Source of the DNA: Mobula hypostoma
Lineage: Eukaryota
Direction of reading: 5' to 3'
Assembly: GCF_963921235.1 (NCBI RefSeq)
Contig: NC_086097.1
Coordinates: 153,204,001 to 153,268,000 of the forward strand
Length of the DNA: 64,000 nt
The translations under genes and the position numbers were made by a program. Position 1 is the first letter of the stretch, and every line of letters starts with the position of its first letter. The notes beneath the pieces are model-generated. The model had not been told where the DNA came from, made no database searches, and saw only the letters and a list, made by a program, of their open reading frames with translations. Below, one piece after another: positions 63,513 through 64,000 of this stretch.

Positions 63513-64000
63513 TCTCCCTGAAATTAAGGAAAGCTCCAAGTTACCTCCAAGCCAGCAATAAACACAGCCTTGAAAATGAATAAAGAAATAAAAGAGCATT
63601 CACCTTCTATTGACTGATTATTGCTTCTGGCTACCTACTTTAAATGATGTATTCTATCTTATTTCCTTCATATTTTCTTCCTTACAACAAAAAAAAATGT
63701 AAATACCAGAAATTAAGTTGGAAGCTGCCAATCTGCCTTTGGAGAACAGTTTTGTTCTGTTTTTAGGCAATTATTAATTAGGTGCATGAGTAGACCCTCA
63801 AGTCTGGTCTGGCAGATATAAATATAATTTCAACTCCACATTCTTATGTCCGCATAGTAAACATTCATCCCCTTGCTAATTAAGAATTAGCAATCAGGAG
63901 TTCTGCTTAAAAGCAATTTGAAGTTCTGCTTACTCTGCCCAAAGAGTCCCATAAACTGGAGACTCTTTCTTAATTGGGTGATCTTTACTTCTAAATTGTG

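Overview
This is eukaryotic, repeat-dense, non-coding-looking DNA. The repeat mix (HER1-like CR1 LINEs with (TTTCTATG)n tails, HE1/V-SINE-like tRNA SINEs, Rex1/Babar, Neptune-type Penelope-like elements) points to a cartilaginous fish, probably a ray; that assignment is inference. I cannot support any host protein-coding exon, and every recognisable ORF derives from a transposon. The main signal is a Penelope-like element (PLE) system. Its 3' pseudo-LTR carries a minimal type I hammerhead ribozyme (CUGAnGA-stem II-GAAAC-GUH, with a palindromic ACGU helix III) followed by a conserved structured tail of about 100 nt. At least 10 intact or decayed copies occur here: in GIY-YIG-bearing 5'-truncated copies, in head-to-head inverted dimers under a single TSD, and in ~160-bp ribozyme-only insertions. 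Hammerheads in PLEs are known in general; the insertion geometry and the tail structure seen here deserve follow-up. The window also holds two internally deleted chromovirus-type (sushi-like Gypsy) LTR elements, several solo LTRs, a deleted Tigger containing a 99-bp-arm palindrome, a Tx1 3' end, a hAT MITE, YY1-headed non-autonomous elements, a twin-priming-like CR1 inversion, and a duplicated ~150-bp homeobox-motif-rich unique segment. Boundaries of old repeats are approximate and were read by eye.
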